Numbered from the stretch's first letter, positions 25,301 through 38,251 are shown. The stretch is DNA of 64,000 bases from Bispira polyomma (GCA_965649765.1 OZ287748.1:16616001-16680000); one strand, 5' to 3'. Notes: generated by a model from the sequence alone, not told the origin. Numbers and translations: made by a program.

Positions 25301-26522
25301 ATTTTACATCACTTTCAAAATCTTTGGTTATATTTGTGACGGCCAAATTCAGAATCCTCTCTTATTCGTATTGGAAATCATGGAGCTACGGCAAATACCG
25401 TTTCCCACATGAAGGAAGCAGTGGTTCACAGATTATTAGAGCAGTTTGTCTGCTAAGCAAGGATAATCATACACCTACAGGAATAAACAATACAAACGCT
25501 TTAAAGAGAAGTACCGGATTTGCAAAAAATTACCACCAGATTCCTGATTGTTGTTACCATTCTGCATGTCATTCTTCAAATCATTGCGCATGTTGTCGTT
25601 CTGCAGGACGTCATCGCGCATTTTAACATTTTGCATGACGTTATTCTATAAAGGATAGTATTTGTAAATGTAAATGTATGGATTCTCAAACGTTAACTAT
25701 AACTCCTACTGTAAATGTATTGATTCTCAAACGTTAACTATAACTCCTACTGTAAATGTATTGATTCTCAAACGTTAACTATAACTCCTACTGTAAATGT
25801 ATTGATTCTCAAACGTTAACTATAACTCCTACTGTAAATGTATTGATTCTCAACCGTTAACTATAACTCCTACTGTAAATGTATTGATTTTCAAACGTCA
25901 ACTAGGGGGCGGCGGTGGCCTAGTGGTTAGCAAGCATTGCGATTCACAATCACTGGTCTCTGACTGGTTACAGTCAACATCAATGATTTCAGATTTGTAC
26001 AAGTGAGAAATGGCTGATTCAGTTGAACATACATTTAAGAAAGATTTACACACTAAATTACAGCAAACTGAGAAAAACTTTTTCCTAAAAGATTAATATT
26101 TTTTAATGATTGTGCTATAAAGTCATTTGAGTTTTGTACATGTAAAAGATGGCTCAATAAGTTGAAGATAGTTTCAAGAAAAATGTATACACTAAATTAC
26201 AGGAAATCAAGAAAAAACATTACCAACAATTTATACATGTACATAGTTGCTGTAATAATCTAAATACTTAATTGGTATTATCAGAGTTGAACATACCACA
26301 TGACGTGTAATGTATAAGAAAATGTCTCTGATATGAGCAAACCCATTTGATACATCATTATGGATGAAAAAGATTTAAATGTGACTAGTTAATCATTACT
26401 TGAAGAAAAATAAAAGAATTCAGTAAGTATGCGAACTTACTGGACCTAAAACCAGTAAATACACGTATTTACTAAAAATTTAGGGATTTAGGGAATACTT
26501 ATATATATATATATTAGGGATA

Positions 26523-26568
<46 letters not shown>

Positions 26569-26857
26569 AAAAGATATAAGTCCATAGAGATGTCAAGATC
26601 TTCCATGCTGTATCTTTGAGAAGAAGACATGTATTTAAAATATGACTACATATATAAGCATATATTTAAAATATGACTACATATATATATATATATATAT
26701 ATCAAGTATATTTTTATATCTTTTAGATTCACAATGTGAACAAGCTATTTTCACCACTAAAAGAGGTAATCAGTGTTATTACCTGGTGGAACAAACTCTG
26801 GCCAAGAAGACAGTTTGCCAAAACAACAAGTAATGCCACACACAAGTGATGCTTCAT
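19174..26857 (-). CDS. Secreted protein: signal peptide + N/D/M/Q-rich linker + 4 PAN/Apple domains + CBM14-like chitin-binding domain, 426 aa; exons 26857-26783, 25645-25534, 25011-24787, 22719-22498, 21602-21378, 20452-20225, 19367-19174
   Basis: Seven GT-AG exons in compatible phase (0,1,1,1,1,1) give a 1281-nt open frame. N-terminus MKHHLCVALLVVLANCLLGQS is hydrophobic. PAN pattern C-x-G...CAKxC-x5-CVAFxF-x5-C. C-terminal PC...YYYP..DPRKYIEC...CPPGLVFD....C. Confidence 0.88.
20225..20452 (-). CDS. PAN/Apple exon 4 of 4 (DRPAGYEFHLQTFCDVPNL...YTVMYNS)
   Basis: 228 nt, phase 1-1, CAG acceptor, GTGAGT donor. Confidence 0.88.
21378..21602 (-). CDS. PAN/Apple exon 3 of 4 (DRPTGYQFHPQTDCRGYNL...YIMLYNL)
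   Basis: 225 nt, phase 1-1, TAG acceptor, GTGAGT donor. Confidence 0.88.
22498..22719 (-). CDS. PAN/Apple exon 2 of 4 (DRPAGYELHPYRSCIGNS...YIRLYNL)
   Basis: 222 nt, phase 1-1, TAG acceptor, GTGAGT donor. Confidence 0.88.
23217..24585. mobile_element. Non-autonomous TIR element with TTAA target (Kolobok-like), with a nested MITE inside its right TIR
   Basis: TTAA|GGGGCTATGAACGTAAACAC ... GTGTTTACGTTA[insert]ATAACCGC|TTAA. Confidence 0.78.
24080..24574. mobile_element. PIF/Harbinger-type MITE
   Basis: Perfect 16-bp TIR TGCCGTGGTCACACTG, 3-bp TTA target duplication. Confidence 0.88.
24787..25011 (-). CDS. PAN/Apple exon 1 of 4 (DRPAAYEFYPQTDCKGHDL...YTVMNNP)
   Basis: 225 nt, phase 1-1, open frame translated by hand (not in the ORF track), 6 Cys. 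Confidence 0.88.
25534..25645 (-). CDS. Low-complexity linker exon (NNVMQNVKMRDDVLQNDNMRNDLKNDMQNGNNNQESG)
   Basis: tttatag acceptor, G|GTAAT donor; 3' end homologous to exon 346-391 of the paralogue. Confidence 0.8.
25663..25903. repeat. Minisatellite, 41-bp unit, about 6 near-identical copies
   Basis: TGTAAATGTATTGATTCTCAAACGTTAACTATAACTCCTAC repeated with period 41. Confidence 0.95.
26500..26702. repeat. (TA)n microsatellite cluster
   Basis: Three TA runs. Confidence 0.9.
26783..26857 (-). CDS. Signal-peptide exon of PAN4-CBM14 gene (MKHHLCVALLVVLANCLLGQSLFHQ)
   Basis: ATG, basic n-region then hydrophobic h-region; CAG|GTAAT phase-0 donor matches the next exon. Confidence 0.8.
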
Positions 26858-29800
26858 CTTGGAAAATAAGAGTATAAGATATAACTACTGAAGTATATTG
26901 TTTAAAGCATTGAGTGCAATGGCAAGTAAAATTTAAAAATTAACCTAACAATAAGCCAGTACAATACATTATTCAGATGGCTGTGCACTTTGATTGAAAT
27001 ATACTAAATACCTGTTTCACACATTAAGCGAGAAATAATTGACATTCCATGTGTTAAACAGTGAAAAATAGGCTGATATCACGTGCAAATATACAAGACA
27101 GAAACAGATTTATTATAGTTTAAATAAACAATAAGTCCTGTTATTACAGATCATGACCAAAGGAGTTCAGAAATAATTGTTATTTATAAGCACATGGCAT
27201 GCTGTATAACTTCAAATTTTAAATAGAAATTAATTTCAACTTTATCAGCTAATGCAGCCACACAGTAAAAATTTATTCCTGGGTTAATATTTTAACTAAA
27301 AATAGCCAATAGTGAAAATGAATTCCAGCAAACTTCCTAAACATTATAAATTATTCAGGGTTTAATTCATTTTAATCTAATTTCTTCCAAGAATTTGAAA
27401 TTCTGTTGCTGCTGATACAATAATAAATATTTCTCAAACAAAATTTGGTAAAACACTTCAGACCAAAAAAAAATACGGAAAATCTGAAATTTAAGGAGAT
27501 ATTTTTCTCAAGGAGGTTTGGGGAAACTTGTCGCTTTAAATAAGGAGTGTTTGATAAATACGACCTAAAATTGCTAACTACTACATTTAAACTTTTAAGT
27601 TTTTGTTAAATTGCGGAATAAATATTGGGCTTTTTTTGGTTATGGAAATGTTGTGTAAAGATGTAATAACACTGAAATTTTATTTACTAAACATGAACTG
27701 TTGTATTTGAAGTACTCGTTTTAATTGTTTAGGTTTAAGTACATGAATAAACAATCACGGTATAATTTAATTTTACTAAATCATTTTTCCATGTAACCTA
27801 AAGGCACTCAGAATAATAGTGATGTATTTGCAACATTGTAACATGACAATGTTACCAATTGGTGATAATGTATGGTTGAGAACAAAAATTTTCAAACATT
27901 TCTAAACATAAAAAAACTTCAGAAAAAGAAAAAAAAAACATGTAACATTTGTCAAAAAACACTTTCCTGACCAATAGTGACAAAATGTACATGTAACATG
28001 CCAGAAAAATATTTTCTTGTGTAAAAATATATTTGAATACAAACATTTTTTCATATATATATGATATCATTTGGGTAAATTTAGTTCTTGCTTCAAGGTA
28101 CCAATATAACATACCAAATTCAAAAATTTGTCATTTGTGAAAAAAAACTTAATCATTTTAGTGCTTATTAAACAGCAATTGAAGACACATGTCTCTAAAT
28201 TATGTTAAGTCGGAAAATGCTGACGATGTTTAAATGCTACACAGAAATATCCATTATAGAATGACACTCACATTTTAATAGATTTTATCTTTTTATGTCT
28301 TCAAAGATCACATACATTTGTCAGTTTTGTCAAGAAATTTTTTTATACTATTCACAATCAGATCAGTTAATATTAAAATGCATTTTCTCATGACAGTATC
28401 AACATCTCAACCAACAAACAACGTTATCTCCTTTACATTGGGAAATGAAGTCTTGTTGATGTGAAGTTAATATGAAGTCCAGACAGTAGTAGACCATATG
28501 TATGTGTAAAAGAGCCACGTGTATGTGGAAGTAGATCTTGTCACGTGGTTTACACGAGTTGACCTAGATTGTAAAATCATGTTACATAATATGAGCCACA
28601 AAAATAGATATGTAAAACACCTCACATGATAAGGTTGGCGGGTATGGTGTTAAAAAAAATGGGGGTTTTATCTGGTTTATCGTTTACAACTGGTGAACAC
28701 ATAAACTAATGTATAATAAGACATAAGATTTTATTTATTATATTGACATGTAACAGTATTTATAAACAACACATAATTCCATACATTATCTCAGCGCGTG
28801 TGGGCATATAAGGCCATTTTAAACAAAAATATATTCACAGAGTGTACATGTAGCTATAGTAACCTATATTTTAACTATACAAGGTGTCTTTCCTTCATTG
28901 CCAAGTAGGCCACGATTACATTTACTAATTTTCTTGTAGGATTTCTTTGTATTACAATAAGTTTTTCCTCGTGTGTTAACTGCTTAAAATCAGAGTGTAT
29001 TTCTGAATATTGTGCATACAAATCTTCTCTAAAAGTTGTTATAAAGAGAACGTCTATACAAGAAATGTAGCTCATATTCTAAAAAAATTCAAAGAATATC
29101 TTTGACAAATTCTTGCCTCAGTTTTAATATTTATAAGGAACACATAATATAATACATATTACGCACACAATACACATTGATCATCGTGGAGTAATTCCGA
29201 AAGTGGTATTTTCGAACAAGTTCAAAATTGTGTTGCACCGTGGTCTAGTGGTTAGGGTGTTATTAGTGGAATAACATCCTTGGGCAAGATGTGAACACAA
29301 TTTTAAAACGGCGGTTCTCTGTCATAGTGTACTATCTTCAGCGGCAGATTAGACATCCTTGGGGACATTGATAAATGGTCATCCTCAAGCAAGCCTTGGC
29401 ACCCATAGTGGCAGCCCATGAGGCGCATATGATGTGTTCTGTAAGTGCGCTATAGCAGATGTCCTATTTCATTTCATGTCATTTTTATTTCAAAACAAAA
29501 GCAAAAAAAACACTTAATTTTAAGTATTTTCTTGATTTTTCACTTACTTAGATCAAAGTGATACTAACAGTATAAACTATAGGAACTATGTTTTATATAT
29601 CTCGAAATTTTTAAACGATTGATGGATTAATTTGTTGACTATGGCAATATTAAAACAACCCTATGACTTTTTTTATATAAACTATTGTATATGGAAAAAT
29701 AAAGTATATTATACATACAAAAAAAACGCCACTTAATTGTCTCGATTTATGAAGATATTATCTTGACAATTTTAAAAAAAAGTTGATCCTTATACTCTTT

Positions 29801-30449
29801 TGTAAGCAGCCTTTATTTTGTCCGTTTCCTAAATAAATACAACATGTAGCTAAACACTTCCCTCGACCACATCTCCTTGGATTGCTGACTTGTTTGTTTC
29901 TTCCAATTTTTGTACTTATTATTTTAGTTCCAATTTTAAGGCATTTAAACATGGCTGACTAGACCACACGGCACACCAGTACTATTCACATCAAACACGA
30001 CACAACACTACATAATTCATATAATAAAATACACATTAAGAATAGCCGTATATTTAAACATCATGTGGATACTGTACAATTAACGCAACGACACAACGTT
30101 ATTTTTACAAGTTAAATTGTTGTGTCATGTCGAGAGCAGTCTATAAAATATTCTGATTTTTTTTTTGTCGTCACGTGCTGTATAGTCACTCGTGTATAAA
30201 AGTGTAAAAGTGTTTGGTGTTATTGTCCAGTTGATGAAGTCCGTCAGTGTTGGCACCCCATTTAATCTGGAAAAAAGGGTTCAAATGTTCATATTTTAAC
30301 TTGCATCAAACTATTTCCAGTGCATGGTTGCACATCCCAAACTGGTAAAACCTTAAGGTATAGAGTGAGGATTCTAAAATTTGCCATCTATAAATTGAGA
30401 TTTTTATTGACTGTTTGCCTTATCTACCTAAATTCCAATCATTTTTCAC

Positions 30450-32650
30450 CAGTTGTCTTTGATTTTGCGTAAAATTTTTGGGGTCGTGAATTTCAGATAC
30501 AGTGACAAATTTTAAATTTCTTCCTCTTTTCCAGGCATATCATTATTAACACATCATTTAACAATGAACCAGGGGGTTCAAAAGCAATTGGCCCATGTTT
30601 TCAATTATGATTTCATATCTCTGGAAGGGAATTGTCGGAAAAAATCTTATACAGCCGAAGCCACTTTCATGCAATAGATAGGAGAAGCTAGCCATGCCGT
30701 CCTCTTATGTAGGATGGAACAATGTGTGGTTGCCGACTGGCGCCAAGTAGATAAAATTGACAGAATCAGGTGAGCTAATGCCCAAAAGCATGTGTAGGGC
30801 ATGTCTAATATTAAAAAATTTCAAAGTAACAAAACAGTCAGGACAGTTTTAAAGAAATGGAACTGCACTTGGTCATAATAACCTACTGGTGGACTAAAAA
30901 CTAAAAGTGTTAGTGACTTTCCAAATACAGGGGCACAAATATTCCGCAGCCTAACCCTCTAAAATACATCATTCTTATGAGTTTTTAATATCACTTTTGG
31001 AGGATCAGGTCTATCCATAAATGACAAAAAGTTAGTTTCCCCAAGTACCACAGTGGTCTGTCTGGGTAATCTAATTGACACCAATAAGCGTATTTTGTCA
31101 GTTCCTGGTGAAAAAATTTAGTTACAAACTCAAATTATAAAACTACATGTACTAAGTGACAATTGTAGTCACTTCTTAGTTTATAATTATTATATGTTAC
31201 TAAATATGAACATTACGCTTGTTAATTTCTGAGCCTTATGTTGCAATTACTCAGGGATTCCTACAACAGAAAGGTCATTAGATTAACCTCAGAATTTGCA
31301 ATGGACCTTTGCTGGTTCAAACCTTCCTTAAAACTTATAATGTAGTCACTTATTATGACAATAGAAAAAATTAAAGCGGTTATACAACTAGACGCGTCAT
31401 TTACTGGCTTGTAAGCAAGATATGATAATGCACTGTATACATTGCCTTTTCCTAAAGGCTTCAAGGGATACAAAATTGCTCAATTATAAATCATCAATAT
31501 TGTAGTTGCACTTAAAGTGTGGAAGGCCCAGTGGGCTAACAAGAAGGTGTTAATAAAGTGTGACAATCTGGCAGTGGTCAATGCGTTGCTTTTTGGGAAA
31601 GCAAAAGATGAAGTTCTGACCACATGTGCAAGGGATACATGGTTATTATCTGCATTTTGTAATATACATGTGTTGTTTCAATATATTTATGGCCTCCACA
31701 ACAGAGTGGCTGACTGATTATCCAGGTGGACATGTGAACAGAAATCTAAAGAATCTTTACAGAAGCTGATAGATAATCCGCAGTGGGTTCGTGCCCATAT
31801 TGACCTTACATTTTTAAATTATGATATCTAAAAACTATATAATGTATCTTAGTTTTATAGACCTGTTAAAGGGTGCAGTCGAACTGGCTACCTTTCATTT
31901 GAACTTGCTACCAGAATTGATTACAAGCGAATATTCTCAGAATTTGTGACCTTCCTGGTTGTCAGGTTGTCCTTTATAGAGTATTTGAATATCAATGGCG
32001 TCAAAAGTTCAGCTATTATTGCAAATCTTCTAGCAGCAGTGCGTGCTTTCCTTTATTTTGTATGGTTTACCTACCTCTACTTTTCAGGACCACAGCCGGC
32101 AATACTATGTTAAATCATTGAAAATCAACAGACCCTTGTGTCCAAAGCTTAAACACATTTTTTATATACATACATTGAAAGGATATTGCAGGTGTGTGAC
32201 TTATTAAACAGTATTAGATTGTAAAAGTCATTATACCTGTTGGTATTCTTTTCTTTTCTCAGAATGTTAAACTGGTTACCATAATCTGGTGCCACTTTTG
32301 ATCCCACCAGGCAGTTGGCCAGGGCTGATGTCCATTTTGCTAACCCTGGGACTACAATAGTGGTCAATTTTGGAACCATGCAAACCTGTGATGACATCAA
32401 ATTAATAACCATACCCAGCTAAGGTTCCTCTCCACTTTGCCTTGTAACTGCTATAAAGCAACTACTCAAAGTCACACTGGGTTCCAACACCTTTTACAGA
32501 TTCCATGGCTCATAAGAACTTGAAAAAAAGTTTTCATTGTCTTAGACTTAGACCGCAAAGTTTACATGTTTCATACTTTTAGGGGCACTTAATATAGTAC
32601 ATGCTAGCCACTCTTTGGCTCTCTCTTTTTAGAATCTACTGTATTCCTAG
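30450..32650 (+). mobile_element. Degenerate tyrosine-recombinase retrotransposon (DIRS/Ngaro group): RT, RNase H and YR remnants
   Basis: PSTTVVCLG (RT); QLDAS, VLIKCDNLAVV, HNRVAD.LSRW (RNase H); FFSFLR, FDPTRQLARADV, FHTFR (YR); boundaries approximate. Confidence 0.85.
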
Positions 32651-34317
32651 TTGGGTGCTTCCTTGTCACCTCGCAATGGGACAGTTCATTACTGATTAAT
32701 GAAATTCCTTTTTCGCAAAGGAATAGACAGCTACGATTTTTTTTGCAATGACTTGGATACCAAGGACGCTTCCTATTGTAATAGACCTTTTCAATTTTGC
32801 AAGCAGCAGAGCAACATCAAATAATATTAGCTCCACACCCTATTTCCCACCCTTATGGCATGTACACATGGGGTATATATGCACCTATGACTTGTAGCTA
32901 ATAGTATGTGTAGTTTCAGATTAATATCATCACAGCAACAGCAAGGTTTAGTCAGATGTCGTCTGCTGATATTATATTATCATTCCTTCTGCACGGCTGG
33001 TTGGGCCAGGGTCGCAAGCTATGAAGAAAGGTCTTGATCTTGACTAGTACATTGGAGCTATAACTAACTTTATGCTTCTAGGGCCCCTGCTCTGTGCCGT
33101 GATGGGGGCTTAGTATATCAAATTTATTTCAATTATGCAGTACCTCTTTATCATCATGTCCAGCTATGATGTTGATAAGAGCGTGTGTAATGTTCATAGG
33201 ACTGATACATAATTTGTAATTTAGAGGTTTGTTCCCTTTACACTGAGGTGTTTCTATAATGTTTAAGTTGTCGTATTAAGTGCAGGGACTAATAGAAATT
33301 CAGCTGGATGTGTGTAAGGGAATGTGTTAGATCAGCATAAATAGTATATCGGGTTATTATTAGAGCCAGTACAGGCTAATGTGTATCTTTGCTTACCAAA
33401 TTTTATGTTACCTTTCCCAGCTTTATCACCAGCTTTTTCAGTTTAAATTGGAAATCTGGAGTGAATAATAACATGAACTGAGATTGAATGGTCACGTTAT
33501 AACTTATAGCCTATTAAGCATGCCCAAGGACATATAAATTAATAACAGTACAACAGCTCTCTGTTGAGCCAAGTGTGATTACTACTACATTTATTGCATA
33601 ATATGTGTTATATACTATAGTTATTGCAAAATATGTGTTATATACAACAAACTCTTAGCGGTAGTAATGAAATTATTTTATCCTATTGTTGTTCCCTAAT
33701 TCTGTCTTGTTGGGGGAATGTAATATATTAAGTGTGTATCTTTAAAAAGTAACAGGGTTTATTGAATTTTATTGCAAAAGTAAATGATACCAAAAAAAAA
33801 TGCTGGACTCTTTATCTGGTGGTGTGCAATATGGTAGTATTGATTATTTCTTTATAGGTGTAATGTGTTGAGTTTGTGTCTAGTGTACTAGGATAAATAT
33901 TCATATTTTTCTTACAATTTGAAGCTTCTTTTATGTATTCTTTTTTGCTGATAAATTGTTAAAACAAATCTTACAACCTATAAAATTTATCTTCAATTGT
34001 TATTTAATTCCTCCTTTATCATTTTCACTTGATAAGTTTTTAAAAGTGACTTTGAGGTCTTATTCATAACAAAAGTAGTGTAAATTTAAGACAGTTTTTC
34101 TTTCATAACGTGGTTAAGCGGGGATCATGAAAAAGTAAATCATACAAAATAATGCTAATCTCTTTGTTTACCTTGTGGTGTGCAATATGGTAGTATTGAC
34201 TATTTCTTTTTATGTCCAATGTGTCACAAAAAAAATAACAACCAGAATTCAACGGTAGATCCAATAAAATATTAACCAGATTTTAACGTTGGATGGTTAA
34301 ATTAATGATCTAACTAG

Positions 34318-37300
34318 AAATCGGTTTTTGATAACAAAAACGAAGCGTCCCTAAAGTTAAAATAATAATGAAATTGTTTAGTGTACAAGGTTTGATATTG
34401 TTTAAAAGTTGACATATAAGCAGAAGCACTTTTGGTCAAATATAAGCTTGAAATCGCTCTATATAGCACCATTTCCAAGATAACATACATTTTCGAAAAA
34501 GACGCAGAAATTCAAGATGGCCACCAAAATCGAACTTTTTTTAAAAGTATAAATATAGGCAAAAATAACCCTGAGGGTCGAAAATGAGCTTGAAATTGCT
34601 CTATCTAGCACCGTTTTCGAGATAACGGACATTTTCAAAAAAAGCGCAGAAATTCAAGATGGCCGCCAAAATTAAAACTTTTTTTGAAAGTTTACATATA
34701 AGCAAAATCAACCCTGTGGGTCAAAAATGAGCTTGAAATCGCTCTTTTTCCGTTTCTGAGATAAAGGACATTTTCGAAAAAGACACAGAAATTCAAGATG
34801 GCCGCCCAAATTGAACATTCTTTTAAAGTTTACATATAAGCAAAATCAACCCTGTGGGTCGAAAATAAGCTCGAAATCGCTCCATCTAGCACCATTTCCG
34901 AGTTAACGGACATTTTCGAAAAAGACGCAGAAATTCAAGATGGCCGCCAAAATTGAAAATTTTTTGAAAGTTGACATTTAAGCAAAATCAACCCTGTAGA
35001 TCGAAAATGAGCTCAAAACGCTCTATCTAGCACCGTTTCCGAGATAACGAACATTTTCGAAAAAGACGCAGAAATTCAAGATGATTGCCAAAATTGAAAA
35101 TTTTTCGAAAGTTTACTTATAAGCAAAATCAACCCTGGGTTCGAAAACGAGCTCGAAATCGCTCTATCTAGCACCGTTTCCGAGATATTTTACATTTTCG
35201 AAAAAAACACAGAAATTCAAGATGGCCGCCCAAATTGAACATTCTTTTAAAGTTTACATATAAGCAAAATCAACCCTGTGGGTCGAAAATAAGCTCGACA
35301 TCGCTCTATCTAGCACCGTTTCCGAGATAATAGACATTTTCGAAAAAGACGCAGAAATTCAAGATGGCCGCCAAAATTGAAAATTTTTTGAAAGTTGACA
35401 TATAAGCAAAATCAACCCTGTAGATCGAAAATGAGCTCGAAATTGCTCTATCTAGCACCGTTTCCGAGATATTGGACATTTTCGAAAAAGACCCAGAAAT
35501 TCAAGATGGCCGCCAAAATTGGACATTTTTTCAAAAGTTTACATATAAGCAAAATCAACCCTGTGAGTCGAAAATGAGCTTGAAATCGCTCTATCTAGCA
35601 CCGTTTCCGAGATAACGGACATTTTCGAAAAAGACGCAGAAATTCAAGATGATTGCCAAAATTGAAAATTTTTTGAAAGTTTACTTATAAGCAAAATCAA
35701 CCCTGGGTTCGAAAACGAGCTCGAAATCGCTCTATCTAGCACCGTTTCTGAGATATTTGACATTTTCGAAAAAGACGCAGAAATTCAAGATGGCCACCAA
35801 AATTAAAATTTTGTTTGAAACTTTGCATATAAGCAAAATCAACCCTGTGGGTCGAAAATGAGCTCGACATCGCTCTATCTAGCACCGTTTCCGAGATAAT
35901 AGACATTTTCGAAAAAGACGCAGAAATTCAAGATGGCCGCCAAAATTGAAAATTTTTTTGAAAGTTTGCATATAAGCAAAATCAACCCTGTGGGTCGAAA
36001 ATGAGCTCGACATCGCTCTATCTAGCACCGTTTCCGAGATATTGGACATTTTCGAAAAAGACGCAGAAATTCAAGATGGCCACCAAAATTAAAATTTTGT
36101 TTGAAACTTTGCTTATAAGCAAAATCAACCCTGTGGGTCGAAAATGAGCTCGAAATCGCTCTATCTAGCACCTTTTCCGAGATAACAGACATTTTCGAAA
36201 AAGACGCAGAAATTCAAGATGGTCGCCAAAATTGAAAATTTTTTTGAAAGTTTGCATATAAGCAAAATCAACCCTGTAGATCGAAAATGAGCTCGAAATC
36301 GCTCTATCTAGCACCGTTTCCGAGATAACGAACATTTTCGAAAAAGACGCAGAAATTCAAGATGATTGCCAAAATTGAAAATTTTTTGAAAGTTTACTTA
36401 TAAGCAAAATCAACCCTGGGTTCGAAAACGAGCTCGAAATCGCTCTATCTAGCACCGTTTCCGAGATATTTTACATTTTCGAAAAAGACACAGAAATTCA
36501 AGATGGCCGCCAAAATTGAACATTCTTTTAAAGTTTACATATGAGCAAAATCAACCCTGTGGGCCGAAAATGAGCTTGAAATAGCTCTATCTAGCACCGT
36601 TTCCGAGATAACAGACATTTTCGAAAAAGACGCAGAAATTCAAGATGGCCGCCAAAATTTTAATTTTTTTTTGAAAGTTTACATATGAGCAAAATCAACC
36701 CGATGGGTCGAAAATGAGCTCGAAATCGCTCTATCTAGCACCGTTTCCGAGATATTGGACATTTTCGAAAAAGACGCAGAAATTGAAGACGGCCGCCAAA
36801 ATTAAAATTTTTTTGGAAAGTTTGCATATAAGCAAAATCAACTCTGTGGGTCGAAAATGAGCTCGACATCGTTCTATCTAGCACCGTTTCCGAGATATTT
36901 GACATTTTCGAAAAAGACGCAGAAATTCAAGATGGCCACCAAAATTAAAATTTTTTTGGAAAGTTTGCATATAAGCAAAATCAACCCTGTGGGTTGAAAA
37001 CAAGCTCGAAATCGCTCTATCTAGCACTGTTTCCGAGATAACGGACATTTTCAAAAAAGACGCAGAAATTCAAGATGGCCGCCAAAATTGAAAAATTTTT
37101 GAAAGTTTACATATGAGCAAAATCAACCATGTGGGTCGAAAATGAGCTCGAAATCGCTCTATCTAGCAACCTTTCCGAGATATTGGACATTTTCGAAAAA
37201 GACGCAGAAATACAAGATGGCCGCCAAAATTGAAATTTCGTGAAAGTTTCCATATAAGCAAAATCAACCCTGTGGGTCGAAAATGAGCTCGAAATCGCTC

Positions 37301-38251
37301 TATCTAGCACCGTTTCCGAGATAATGGACGCTTTAAAAAAAACCTTAATTTTTAAAATGTTTGAAATTGAAATCGTTTTATCTCAGTAACGATCGCATAT
37401 TTTTGGATGGGGTAAAAAATAAATAAAAATTCAGGCTATTCTTTAAAAGTTAAGCGCTGGATGTACTGATCTAAAATTAAAAATAAAAAAAATCCTCACA
37501 CGCTCAAAAAAGCACCCATCAACACATTTTTTTCCCCATTCTGTATGATTGATCGACCCTGTCAATCCGTCAATTATCACCAGATTGATCTAAAAATTCA
37601 CGGACATCTATGCTTTGGTATTTGCAACGTGCATGCTAAATCTCATTGAACTATGACAAGTACTTCAAAAGAAAAGTTGATAAAAGTGCAAGATAGAGCA
37701 ACATAGAGCAAACTACTCATTTGAAGTACTCAGTACTCATTGAGTACTGGACTTAGAACTGAGATTTTTACATCATACATAAAATCAAAAAGTAGATGAA
37801 TAACTTATACCAAGAAAAAGCTGAAATCCCAATAGTTTCTGAGATAGCAAAAAAGTACTGATTTTTTGCATTTCAATAAAAATCAATCGGTTGGCAATCG
37901 GTCAATTATCATCCGATTAATCTCATCAGCGTCTCCCGTCCTGAAAATTGCCTTACCAAGGTACATACCAAATTTCATTGAGCTATGATGAATACTTTCT
38001 GAGAAAACCTAGTGACAAGCACTTTTACACCCCCAGGGTCACCTGACATTTAAGTAGGCCAAAGTTCAAAGCCAAGAATATGAAAAAAATTTCCCACTCC
38101 TGGTTAAGAGAACTGCCAAAAATAATTTTGATGCAGATAATATTGAAGGAGATATTCAAGGAAGACCATGCGGCGGCGGCGGCGGCGGCACAGGCAGCGA
38201 GGAAACCAGGGGTGAAACCAAATAAGCGCCCTTTTCAAGGGACGCTTAATT
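34318..38251 (-). mobile_element. Non-autonomous Helentron-type element (HINE/DINE-1-like) with an internal satellite array
   Basis: Subterminal inverted repeat AAGCGTCCCT (about 34343) / AGGGACGCTT (about 38238); palindrome TAAGCGCCC..GGGACGCTTA at one end; stem-loop TCGGTTTTTG-ATAA-CAAAAACGA at the other; (GGC)n at 38171-38189; central tandem repeats. Confidence 0.78.
34414..37330. repeat. Tandem satellite, about 142-bp unit, about 20 copies
   Basis: GCAGAAATTCAAGATGGCCGCCAAAATT...GCTCTATCTAGCACCGTTTCCGAGATA recurs every 139-143 bp. Confidence 0.97.

Noticed and set aside
27010-27190. Possible TATA box and non-coding first exon of the PAN4-CBM14 gene
   Set aside because: Motifs are too common in AT-rich DNA to support without transcript data
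34414-37330. Regular repeat array as a CRISPR array or repeat-protein gene
   Set aside because: Head-to-tail units with no unique spacers, no cas genes, no long ORF, eukaryotic context
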